NCBI GenBank assembly: GCA_000708835.1 | Contig: DF237303.1 | Location: forward strand, 1-64,000 | Length of the DNA: 64,000 nt | Direction of reading: 5' to 3' | From: Klebsormidium nitens | Taxonomy: Eukaryota; Plantae; Klebsormidiophyceae | Shown: piece by piece, positions 27,740-39,389 of the stretch | Layout: each line of letters starts with the position of its first letter | Numbering within the stretch: position 1 is the stretch's first letter | Notes under the pieces: model-generated | Seen by the model: only the letters and a program-made list of their open reading frames with translations | What the model was told of the DNA's origin: nothing | The model's database searches: none | Translations under genes and position numbers: made by a program

Positions 27740-28813
27740 ATGGCGACCAGTACAGGCTTTGCTGACCTTCCTTGGGAAGTTCTGGACGTTGTGCTCTCCA
27801 AAGTCAAGGCCGTCGCGCCCGACGTGTACCACAATTGCGTCCGGCTGACGTGCAAAGAGTGGCTGTACAGTTACAGAAGGTTGGGCAGAACTCTAGACCT
27901 GTCTGATTACAATCCTGCTGGCCTGCGGCGGCTTGGCAGCAAAGTTAGCGTGGTTCAGGTACTAACTCTGAATTCTTTCCACTTGGTGCGAGAGAAGTAT
28001 CCAGGTCTGGTGGGTCTAAAGATAGACCAGAGTTACCTTGAAGAGAATTATCTTTGCAGTGGGCCTCTCACGAAAGTAGCCTGGGAAATTGTGGGGGTCT
28101 CATCCCCCGAATATCATCCATTGGAGAAAGTTAGGGGCCTACCATTTCTTCTGAGCAGCTCGCATGGCAGCCTGAGAGAGTTGTCTTTAAAGTGTGGCAA
28201 GGGCGACTACAAATACGTTCATTACTCCGTAAATCATATCCTCCGAGAAGTCTTTATGGACTGCGCAAATTTGAGACATGTTAGTCTTGAACATTTTGAC
28301 CCGTCGCAGGGTGGCCGTGCAAGATTCCGTGCCGATTCCCCGTGTGCTCCCCAGGTTGTGAGTGTCCGGGTCCGAGGTGCAGTAGTTGGAACTGATCTCT
28401 GCCACATTGGAACAATGTTCCCAACTGTGGAAGAGCTCCTTGTCGAAGACACAAACACAGAAGACGTTGCAATCTATCGGAAGGTTTTCTACAAACGCGA
28501 GCAGGAATGGCGAGAAGCAATGGACGGAGTCGCACTCAGACGGCTCCGAGTCTTGGAATATAAGCTGAGGTTAGGCGGTATAGATTATGAGACACACTGG
28601 GCTCTTTATACCAAGCAAGCTCTGCTTGGGCATGTTCCAAGCCTCAGGGTTTTAATCACAAACGGCCACTCAGCTGTTCTCTCCTTTTGGAACAAGGATG
28701 GCTGGGACTCTGTAAGGGTGGTCAAGTGCAGGCCTGACAATGTGTTGGCGCTGTCGGTTATGACCGACATAAACAAGAAGTTGAGTTTAGGAGTCACTGA
28801 AATTGCTGAATAA
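27740..28813 (+). CDS. Intronless F-box-like protein with degenerate LRR-type C-terminus, 357 aa
   Basis: Uninterrupted 357-codon ORF. The N-terminus resembles an F-box (FADLPWEVLDVVL...VRLTCKEW), followed by LxxLxL-like segments (SLRELSL, TVEELLV, RLRVLEY, SLRVLIT). The ATG directly follows ttccag-c, a possible 5'UTR intron acceptor. Confidence 0.65.
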   Translation: MATSTGFADLPWEVLDVVLSKVKAVAPDVYHNCVRLTCKEWLYSYRRLGRTLDLSDYNPAGLRRLGSKVSVVQVLTLNSFHLVREKYPGLVGLKIDQSYLEENYLCSGPLTKVAWEIVGVSSPEYHPLEKVRGLPFLLSSSHGSLRELSLKCGKGDYKYVHYSVNHILREVFMDCANLRHVSLEHFDPSQGGRARFRADSPCAPQVVSVRVRGAVVGTDLCHIGTMFPTVEELLVEDTNTEDVAIYRKVFYKREQEWREAMDGVALRRLRVLEYKLRLGGIDYETHWALYTKQALLGHVPSLRVLITNGHSAVLSFWNKDGWDSVRVVKCRPDNVLALSVMTDINKKLSLGVTEIAE

Positions 28814-29280
28814 GAATGGAGGGTCTCGGTACAACTTCCTGAGTTGGTAGGAGCTGCGGAGAACTTGACTTTTGGGCAATTTGAATCTTCTACCTCAGAA
28901 AAGCTGGCGTAATGAACACCACCTGAAAAGGGATGAAGTAAGTGCCGGTGGCATGTACATATGGAATGCATCCTTCACTTTTCCATCATGAAATGGTACA
29001 AATGATGATCATACATGGATCGCATCATTGGGTGTTCCAATTAGATGCAAGATGTTTGACCCTCAATAAGGCCGCTTGCCATCAGTGTACCGTAAGTAAT
29101 TGCATGAGTCGGATCGATCTATCATATATGCATCTTACGATAAGTATCATATGGAAAGACATATACTATGCTATATATTACTGTAAACATGCTGAGGATC
29201 CGAGGTCGGCCCCAATTCACCGGCATCATTGATGTATATTGGATTTTGTTGCGTGCTTCTAGCTTGGCCGAATATACTAT

Positions 29281-29926
29281 ATTGATTTGTTTGTTCAACG
29301 TCGGTTCGGAGCCGTGATCGGCTAAGTCGACGACATGGTCCTCACTACACTAAGCTTTTATCTTTTCAAAGTGCTACCTCTTCTCTCCATACAAAGATGG
29401 AGATACTTGCCTACCGCAATCTTGTCCTCTCCATTCAAGAAAGCCCTAAGGCTCTTCGTGCCCTTAGTATTGTCGAATCATTATGGAATGGAAGATTCTT
29501 CTCAGATCTTCGTAAGCTACACAATCATATACGAAGTGAGATTCGTCTTCTATTGCATCTGCGTCGCATACTTGGCAAAGTCTCAGTTTCTGCTCTAGTT
29601 ATGCCTTGCCACCTTCCTGTTTCGACAGCAAGATTGTGGGAACCTATCCGGAACTTAGCCAATGTGTGGAGAAAAGGGAAGCTACTTATGTTATCCAAAT
29701 ACGGCTCAAACGAGTAACCTTCTTTGACCACCTCAAAGTATGTCTCGTATTTGGTCCCATGATCCTCTCGGAGATCTTGCATGTATAAGCCATCTCGGCG
29801 AAGTCGCGCAGCATCTTCACGTCGAGACCCCGCTTCTGTAGTTGCTCGTCGGCCGCTAACTCCCTCGCTTTCTCCATGACTTTTGAGTACCAACCCCCTT
29901 GCAGTGACCATATATACAGGCAGCAT
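29281..29926 (-). mobile_element. 5'-truncated, frameshifted non-LTR retrotransposon (LINE, RTEX-like) 3' fragment
   Basis: Minus strand reads KYETYFEVVKEGYSFEPYL..LAKFRIGSHNLAVETGRW. After a frameshift it reads LRLCQVCDADAIEDESHFVYDC (a CCHC knuckle), typical of the C-terminus of LINE ORF2. It ends near an acaaacaaatcaat tail. Clade assignment and boundaries are approximate. Confidence 0.7.
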
Positions 29927-30569
29927 GCAATCAATCTATAGCTATATGCATGTCGCATGACCGAATCATAGCGCTATTACTGCACGTACTATTGCATGCC
30001 CATGCATGCCAGCAAACAATGTTTGATCTCAAAATCATGTACACATCCACGGGCTGGCCGGGTAAGAAGCACCACATGTGCCCCGTTCTTGCGGCACGTG
30101 CGTATGAGGCCGGAACAAACAATCGTATCGAATATGCCTGCAATCATTGAATGATGTTGGTTGTTTTCGCTGCGCCTTCTTGCTCCTTGTGATCACAAGA
30201 TGAGAAGTGTGCGTGCACCAGTCACGCGTTACGGTACGACCATCGAAAGCAATGACACGTAACCTGTAGTGCATGAAACGGACATGCAAGAGATCCACTT
30301 CCACCTTACAATGGCTCGATCTTAAGACTCCATTTCGACGAGTACGATCTCGAACCATCAATAAGTACCAGATGTTCCGACCCTTCTATGTTGGCCAGAG
30401 CCACCTCTCATGACGTACATGATTGGTCTGACGTCACTAGAAGGCCTCTTACTCACGAGTCACAAGTCCTTCTCAGACTGAGCCTGAGGCGAACTGTTAC
30501 GCTTAGATTCTTTTAACTCAGCAATCAAGAGTGCTTCTCCTGCAAGGGCCAGTTTTGCGGCGCCCCGCT

Positions 30570-33500
30570 TCACTTCGAGAAGTTGATGCTATACCCGCCC
30601 GTGTTAGGATCCTGGACCGCCTTGAAGTTGTCCACCGACAGCCCGAAGTGGCCCAGCACCGAGTTCCCCAGCTCCTTCAGCTTGCCCAGCATCTCCTCCC
30701 TCATCTTCTCGCGCTTCCCGTTCACGATCGGCTCTAAGCGACGGATCTCCGCGGAAGCCTGCCGGTTGGCCGGGTCCTTTTCGAGCACCGTCTTCCAGTC
30801 TGCAAACATTCAAAGGCAGCTGACGTGAGCTGTGATGACTTCCAAAAGCACAGCGACGGACTACACACGACGGCTGTTGTTGAACGGGTTCCCTCCGAGT
30901 GCGGGTTGCAGAACGTTGACATCTGTCCAATCCGTCCGCACCCGAAACGGACGGCTGACGACAACAAAGTTGTAAGGTCGCACTCAAAATCCACACGCTA
31001 GCCGTTTTCTTATCCATATGTGAGACAGGCAGAAACGGCAAAACCTCTGAGCAAATAGTTTTCCAGTCGCAACCGAAGACGCACAGGCCACCGCCATAAA
31101 GCTGCGAGGCAGCAGCGCATGACACCAGATGCACACGAACGTTCTCCGGCAAGTACACGCTGCGCTTCGGTGTCAAAAAGAGAGCCAATGATGACGTCAC
31201 CTGCCAGCGCCTCCTCCTGCTTATCCAGCTTGTCGTATGCTTGCGCGCGCCGTATAATCACTTTCAGGTAGTCCGGCTTTAGCTTGAGGGCCTCGCTGCA
31301 CTCGCGGACAGCGGCGTCGTGCAGGGCCTGCGCCAGAGGCGAATGCAAGTCTCAGATTCACAGGGCCTCTCTTCGATTTCACAGGGGGGTCCTTCCAAAG
31401 AGAATGGCCACCTTACTCGCGGGTTAAGGTGCCGGGTCAGCTGGCTAACCGGCTCCGACTTCTGGCCAAGTGTCAAAATGAAACAGGTGGCTTCAGGTCT
31501 AATACTAGTCGTCCTTGCAGGCGGACAGTGGACACTGTCTTTGAGGGGTATTTGAAGGTAAAGCTGTGTGGGTTAGGGGAGACTGGCTGACAGGAATTAT
31601 ATGATTTAAGCATAGCGCGGCCAGGCTGGTGCAATAGGTCACGACGGTACGGTACATACAAATGGGTGTACGACTACTTTGCTGCCGTCGGATTGCAAGC
31701 TGGACGGTGTCGAAATTCTGAATTTACGATCTAGGGCAGGGTGAACTTTGTAGTCAGGTGAGTTTGTGGTCAACGAAGTCACTGGTAAAGGTTTTCGACA
31801 AATCACAGGACGAATAAATTGGCGTCATTATCGGGCGTACTCGAGATGATAATAAGGTGTCAAAAAAGCTTTCACCTTTCGGAGAGGCATATGTGTGGCG
31901 GAAAGAAGGCTCACCCTCTGCGAGAGTGAACCCCTAGGAATGACTGATTGGGATGCACTTCCCACTTCACAGGGTTCCTTCAGAGATGACTCTGTGCACT
32001 TGACCGAGGCTACTGAACCAGGAGCAAAGTTCCAATGCAGGCGCTTTTCCAAAAATGAACACTGATGCCGACTCCTTCTCAACAAGTAGTAATGGAGACT
32101 CTCTTTCAGCGTCTCTTCTTGTGTTTGTATGGTTCCAAGCTATCAGTCATTGACGGACGGTTTAGCGCCATGAAGGAAGGGCAACAGCAAGGGCTCAGCT
32201 GATCGCGATAGGCCCCCACATCAGATGACTGTGTGCTCCTGTATGCCTTCCTTTTCAACGTCTAATGTTTGTTGCTGACCCGTAATCACGAAAGCGACAG
32301 GCATGAAGCTTTCAAGGACGTCGCAGTCCGGTTTTCGAGGGCATTCATAGTTGACCCTTCAATTACGAGGAGCCTGCCTCGGATCGAAGCTATCGGAACT
32401 CATTCACCAAAACAAAGTAGACAAAGATAAGGAAACAACAACCGCAGGCCCCAATAAAACGACAAGAGCGGTTAAAGAGGCGAAATGGACATAAGAGGCA
32501 GATAAAAGAAAACAAGCACGAGACAAATAGAGGGCTTCAGGCACAGAATTACAAACGAAAGCAGAGGCGCTCGAACTTGCCAGCTGCACGAAGCACGCCG
32601 CCCGGTTGGCATGGCACGCCGCACGGCAGTTGATTGCCTCCACATCCGCTTTCTGCTCTGTTGCCGGCGCTTCTTTCCCCCCCCCTTCGCCCGCCCCCGT
32701 TTCCGGCCCCCCAGGTCCGCTGCCAGAGGGCCCCCCTCAAAGTCCTCATCAGGAACCACCAGCCTGCCCGTTTTTGGATCCAGCACCTTGGGGGGACGAA
32801 CTCTCCGCCGACCACTCGTCTCTGTCGTACCCCCCCTACCCTCCCCCGTTGTTTGCCCCCCCCTTCCAGGACCGAACCGTTCCTCCTTTGCTTCACCAAA
32901 ACCGCCCTCTTCCGCGTTCGATTCCAGCCCCCGTCCTGCGTCTGCTTTTCTTTGCGCCAATGGCTCGGTCTCTTTTGTCCCGTCTCCGCTGGTCTCAGGC
33001 GCGGGTTCTTCGTTATGGGGGGTTTCGGCTTCCTTTTGGTGAGGTATCTCCTCGTTTGCAGGGGACAACTCTTCGTCTTGGGGGGGTGTCTCCACGTTGA
33101 CGTAAGCAGGTGGCGCAAGCTCGAGCGCCTTTGAGTAGACCTCCAGCGCGCGCTCGTAATTTGCAGTGGCATACAGTTCGTTTCCACGGGCGCGGGCCTG
33201 CTCTGCTTGCACCAGAGCTTGCTGCAGGGAACGAAAGAAAGGCTTGCATTTTGAGGCTGAGGACTCCGAAACGTCCGCCATGAAAGTGCTATAGCGCAGA
33301 CACTTGCGATAACAGGAGTTTGCCACCGAAGAGCGTGCCAAAGCCCATGACAATGGTTCCGAGTTCTTTTTTCAGACCAACAGACCAACTCGAGTTCCCG
33401 GGCGGTTTCGGAAAGTGGGACATCTCAGCCGGTGGTGACTTTCTAATCGAGGCCGACTTCATAATCTGATGCGATCATAGAAAGGAGCCTTCAAAATGTG

Positions 33501-35459
33501 ATCTCAAAAGCCGTTGAAATTGGGCTGGATTTGGATTCTAATTTACGTTCCAAAATTATACCTGACCTTGTCTCAAGAAGCTGTTTTGGTAGGACTTTTG
33601 GAAAGATCGACCCTGTGTCATCCTTCGTATCAAAATCCTCGACTGTTACATATCCACCTCGTCAAATCACACTGCATGGAGCCAGATTTCCACCACCGCT
33701 TGCGCTCTCGCTTGCTGGCGCCGCAGGAGAAAGTTATTTCATGGACGTAATCATGGCGTCAGCTGCAGCCAGTTACCTTCCTTTGCTGTTCTTCATCTTC
33801 ACACGCATCATGGAACTCGTCCTCTTCTTCCTCGTTCTCTCCCTTCTCTTCCTCCGCAGCTGTCTCCTCTCCTTGCTTGCCGCTGGACTGGCTTTGCTGG
33901 ACGACTGAAGTGTCTTTGGTACCGTCTCCATTTTCAATCTTCTCTGCTGCCCGTTCATTCACTTCTTGGTTTGTGCTCTTCGTCTCGTCAACCTTGCTCT
34001 CCCGGTCGTCCATTGTGCGTTCCAGCCTGTCTGCCTTCTCCCTATGCTCTTCCATCATTCCTTCCAGTCTATCATTCTCCAAGGCCTTCGCTTCTTCCTT
34101 TCTTTCAGCCTTCTCCGTCCGTTCGTTCACATCTGCCTCTCTACTATTTCCCTTATTCTCCCCCTCTTTTGTGACCTTGCCGCCCTCCATTTCCCCTTCC
34201 TTTTGGACCCTTTCTTCGCCTTCTGGCGCCCCCTCCTCAGTCTTCTCTTCCACGCTTCCCCCCTCTCCTCTTTTTCCAAAAAAGATCTCTCCATCGATTC
34301 CACCTTTTGTCTGCACCTTCCCAGTTGCTTCCTTGTTCCCTCCTTCACTTTCTCCCTCCGCCTGACCAGAACCCCCCTTTTTCTCACCGCTTCTGCGTTC
34401 ATCCCCATCCCCATCCATTGAATGCCCTGCTTCCCGGACGACCCCTGCAGCAAAGTGCATTTCCCGGAAACTTTCGCCGCTTCCACCGACACTTTCAGAC
34501 TCTTGATCCGCGGACTGTGAAGCTGCACCTCCCGTCCTGTCCTGAGCCTGCTCCAGAGACTCCTGTGCTTCATGCAGAGCAGCCCCACGCAAGGCGCTCG
34601 CTGCCTCCTCATGCAACTCGCTCCGGTCCGAGATCTGCGTCTCGACAGACCACGTGTCTTCCACATCTGCTTGCTGAGGCGCTCCTCCTGTTTTGACCGC
34701 TGAGAGACCACTTTCTGAAAGAATAGCATCTCTTCCAGCACCATCAGCATTCATCTCAGCGACCGTCTCAGCTCCCTCCACTTGCTTCCCTCTGCCTTCT
34801 TCAGCGCTGTCAGCCACATGATTGCCAGCATGAGCAGTGTCGTATCCGCTGACCTCAGCATTCGCTGTGCTTACACTGCGGATTCCTGCCGTGCTTTGCA
34901 CTGGAGCCCGCTGCTTCGGGTTGAGAAACCCCCTTGCAAACCCCTCCGCTGACCGACCATGCTTTTCTGCCAGTGGTGGTTGATCAATTGCTTCGGAATC
35001 TAGAACTTGGGAGCGCCCAGCCTGTGATGCGGCTTTCACTGGGGCATTGAGGAAACCCTTCGCTAAGCCCTGACTTGATGAACTTTTTGCACTCTCTGCT
35101 CTGCGCCCTTCGTCATCAATCCTCTGATCAGCCGTACTTTCAGGGGTACCCTTGCTCGGATTCTCAAATTCAGGTTTGGCAGACTTTGATTTGCTCTCGT
35201 CTTCAGATGCAAGATTGGCCTTATCCTCCGGCTCGGCATTGCTGCTCTTTCTCTTTTCAGCTTCACTTTTCTCATCATTTCTAACTATACTAGACTGTGG
35301 CTTTGCCCTCAGAAACCCCCGCGCCAAACCCAGACCCTTGGGTGTGGCTTGTGCACCAGCTCCCATCTTGCTGCTCCCCGTAAGTCCGGGTTTCCGTCTT
35401 GCCTGCGATGTGGTCTTCTTCTGCTCGGCATCATCGTCGATCTCCTCCAGGATCGCCAT
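30570..35459 (-). CDS. TTC1: TPR protein TTC1-like with ~560-aa acidic N-terminal extension, 4 exons, ~893 aa after correcting one frameshift
   Basis: Exons 33777-35459, 32581-33221 (1 nt short; C6 run at 32731-32736), 31201-31327, 30570-30799. TPR motifs: RARGNELY..YERALEVYSKAL, CHANRAACFVQL, CSEALKLKPDYLKVIIRRAQAY. TTC1-type C-terminus: EMLGKLKELGNSVLGHFGLSVDNFKAVQDPNTGGYSINF. The intron 2 donor is GC. Confidence 0.85.
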
Positions 35460-35871
35460 GTCTGCAAGCCGAGAAAGGCAATGCCGCACACTTTGCGTGG
35501 CTGCTTGTACTGTAATACGAATGCAAGTGCCCTTGCAGAGCCCTCTTGTAGCTGCTCCCTAGCAGTTGAGCATGCTCCAGCCAAGGCTTCACAGAATGAA
35601 GACTCCAGTGGCAGCGCGGCGACGCGCCGGCGGCTATGCTAAGTTCAGGCCCTTCGCTTGGACAAGAGGAATCGGACGGCTGGAAGACGGTCGATCGAAA
35701 GAAACGATCTCACTCGACGGTCACAACGCAATCTGCGTTGAACTGAGACTTTGACAACCCCTCAACTCTTGTGTCCGGGCGGTGCGCGGGCGCCCTCCGC
35801 GCAGGATTCAAAGGCGCAAGAGGTGCAGATCTGCCCAGGTGATGCTTTGTCGTCCTATGCTTCCAATAAAG

Positions 35872-36609
35872 ATGTCGAGCACCCAGGTTGATACCAGCGA
35901 AGGAGGGCCTTCAGCTCTGCGTGCAGACGATCATGTCCATAACCCGAGCATGACACAGTTTGAGAAGGAGCTGGCAGACGTCGCTGCTCGGGCAACAGAC
36001 GAGGGAAGGAGCAGATGTGTACGTGAACCTAACGGAGTCAGGTGTAGACATGATCTATGTTCTGCCCTTGATATTGGTGTTGAACCCTGTTGGTTTTTGT
36101 TATTTGGACAATGACTGTTGGACTGAGCTGCCTTCAAATACCCGCATGTTGCTTGCGATGCCACTCTCTCTGACACGCAGTTGAAGTTCTGAGGTAGGCC
36201 CTGTTAGAGTGCGAGGCCATTTCTTGAAGACCAGAATTGTCTCAATCTGCACTTGGACTCCCAAGCAGTCTCAGTCTACTAGCTGACTGGTATCGACAGC
36301 ATTGACTTTGCTTAATACACTAGGGGCCGGCACAGCGCATTGGTCGCCCAAGAAACTTCCGACGGGCATCCGATGATGAACTTTATGACGCATGATGGAT
36401 TGTCAGTGGCAATAATTTGATGTTGATCCTGGACAAATTCTTTATTCCAGGGAGGAAAATTCTGTCCAGCAGTGCATGGGCCTGAAGAGCTTGTCTTCTA
36501 TCGAAAAGTGACTCTGGCTGACTTTCCTTCGGAGTGGGACCCCGACATGCTGTTCGAAAGCGCAGATGAGTACGATCGCTACATCAAAAGATACATTGGA
36601 AGAGAGTGA
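35872..36609 (+). CDS. Possible small spliced gene of unknown function
   Basis: Protein-like stretches at 35872-36041 (MSSTQVDTSEGGP...) and a well-bounded terminal exon at 36451-36609 (ttattccag|GGKFCPAVHGPEELVFYRKVTLADFPSEWDPDMLF...GRE*). The exon joining is uncertain and I recognise no family. Confidence 0.3.
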
Positions 36610-39389
36610 GTAGCGTGGGAAAAGCGTGTCAGGAATGATGTGTTGGCTTCTTGTCAGTCGCGGCCAGGCGGCAGATCATAGAGGCTGGCCGTTTGCTCCG
36701 GGCGTTCCTTTTTTCTTTTCGCCTATTTTCCGCCCTTTTGAATGCGTGAATGGAATGGAAGAAGTCTCTAGGCTGCTTTGACAAGACTGGCTTTGACACT
36801 CAATGGTTTTGATGCACTGAGGAGGTTTTTCGATTTGGAAAAGTTGATCAGTAGATTCATTTCTACCGGCCAACGGTTGAGATTCTGATTCTGATGACAT
36901 CATAGAAGCAATTTTTAAGCAGCACTGTGCTTACACCAAGTATCTTCAATACACTCTGAAGAAGCCAGCTTTCAGAAGGTTGAGCTGAAAAATCTTGCAA
37001 AGCTGGGTCAAGTTCTTTCAAACACGCACGCTTCGTAGCAATGCTTTGTGGGCGAAAAGTCTGCCCGCTCCTTGGAGAAGGGGTACCGGGGGTGAATTCG
37101 AAGGGGTTGAGTTCTGATTGTTGATAGCTTTTTGATTGTCTTCAGATAACCGTACTATGGCGCTGAACTGGTCCAAAAAGAAATTTTTTGGATAAAAATC
37201 TGGATGAAATGAAAACGAAGTCCGTCTTGAAGGCCTGGTGTTTCGAAATACAGACGTCCAACTACAGTAGTAAGTAATCGCTTTCCAAGTGCAACCGCTC
37301 TGAACATCCTTGAACAATATTGTCTGGCAGATTCGCAATGACAGAAAAGAAGAACAAATCGGCCGTAGAGGCTGGCTTTCGGGACTACGTACATGCAATG
37401 GCAACCCGACTCCTTGACGCTTTTCAGTGCCATTCGCAGAGGGACCGTTTGTTTAGAATGCTAATGATGAGGATCAAGATAGCTAATGACCACTTGTTGC
37501 GCGGAAGGGGCTTCCTTGAGAGGATCTCGAGTAGTTTTTTATCGAGTCGCAATGCAGAGATTGGCTAGTAGTCTGCGCTGTGATTCCATGGACAGTAAAT
37601 TTGAGTGGTCATTTGCTTTGCATGAAGCTGCCTATTGCATTCTTTTCAACGCGATGAATCGAGTCGGACGTACAACTGCAACAAAAACACATACCGTCAG
37701 AACCCGGCCCAGAGCACAACACAGCAAAGTTGTTGGATACGATAATGACATATACCTTTGAATGCTCTATCTGTCACATCTGAACAAGTCGCTTGAGTGA
37801 GTCCGTTCGAATCCCATGCATACAGTATGCATACGCGCTGATGCATCAGTGTGCAGAAGTCTCGAATCGACTAGCTCTCTGAGTACGTGACTCGTCAATT
37901 CGAGGTGGTGACCCTACCCGCGAGCTAGCGCTAGCTAACTTTAGTACCGCACGAGCCTGCATGTGACGAGGACTTGCTGGCATCAGCGAGGGCCGGCTGC
38001 ATGCTCACCTCTTGCAGGATCCCCCGGGTCATGAGGCTTGCATATATATTGCATATGGGCACATACGCTAGGGTGCATGAGTCCCGGACACTGATCGTGA
38101 CAGAAGGATCCGACATTATACCCTATATCGACCGTTCACTGTGCTTGTGCACAATGTGTATGAATTCGCGTTCATGATCGCTATTACTATTGCACCACTG
38201 GCAGATTCACTAGGTTGATCCAAATATACCGTATTTCGAGCTATGTATGACTTAGCCGGGTATAATATGCTAAGCTTGGAGTTCATATGATGGCAGGCTG
38301 GCACTGAGTGACCTGGCAAAATAACCAACCGCGCATGACTACCGTCAGAATAGCATGTAGGGTGTGACGGACGTGTGCGCGACCGGGCGCATGCCAAGTT
38401 TGAATGTTGCATCATGGTACCCCAATCCACTCACACGTACCGCCGTGTGAGCGGCGGCATCTGACGAACAAAAGCTAAAACAGGAACAGAGGCATCCATG
38501 TCGCGCCCGCCTGCCTAGTAATGATCGTCAACGTGAGGGGCAAATGTTCAACCCTCAGTCCCTTCAAACCTAGAAAAGCTGCTTAGATCGGGTGCCCTTT
38601 GTCGTCGACACGAAACATTTGGAAAGTCGATGTTGCACACTGGGTTGCACCATGTCATACATGAGAGGCAATCAACCGCACGGCCCGATCCATCCAGGCT
38701 ACACGTAGCCGAAGCTGCGGTCCAGAGAAGCGTTGTTGAGACCTTGAGTAGCAGGACAACATTTCGTTCGAAACAGATAGATTCGCACCGGGGATCTGCG
38801 CGCTCTCAGTGCGCGCACGTCGCGCATGCGCGCTTTAAGCCCCGCCAGCAGCAGCCGTCACGCCGCTCGGTGGAGTGGCTGTGCCGGGGCGCCCGCCTTG
38901 CATCTTCGGTGCTCCCTGTTGCGAGGCGGAGTTCTGGGCCTGGATACACGAACGCAGTTGCAGTCAGCTTGACGAGTGAACGAAGTTCTTTAGTTGGTGC
39001 CAACAGGTAGCCAAGCTTTCTGGCCGGAAAATGGGCGTTTTCCCGACAGAAAGCGGTGCGAGAAAATGGGCAAAAGGCAGTCGAAAGCTGCACCATTGAA
39101 GAGAGCTTCTGCCCGACATGGCTCGCGGCGACATGCAATTTATGGGTGTCGGCTGCATGTCGCTGCAAAGCGGACAACAACCACCTTCTCTCCACGTTGC
39201 TTACGATCTGAATTGCATGCGTTGCATAAAAGCGGCACCTCTTCGACAAGACTGGTTTTTTCGAAGCTCCTGTCCTCAAACCCCCAGCCAACAGCCATAC
39301 AAGGCTTTCACAGGCACAGGGAAGTGCCCTCGCACAGCTTCTTCGTGCTTCATCATTGTGCATGTATTTTGATTCATCCTCTATCGTTT

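Noticed and set aside
35460-35489. ORF-track upstream start for TTC1 (MRHCLSRLAD)
   Set aside because: It relies on a GTG start. The first ATG (MAILEEIDDD, 35459) is the more plausible eukaryotic start.
36900-37570. Exon-like fragments with splice-like borders on the + strand
   Set aside because: Phases do not join, there are in-frame stops, and I recognise no family. At most this is an unidentifiable decayed gene.
38428-38455. Hairpin ctcacacg-taccgc-cgtgtgag as a Helitron 3' end
   Set aside because: It is not followed by CTRR at the expected distance, and no 5' TC boundary or Rep/helicase remnant was found.
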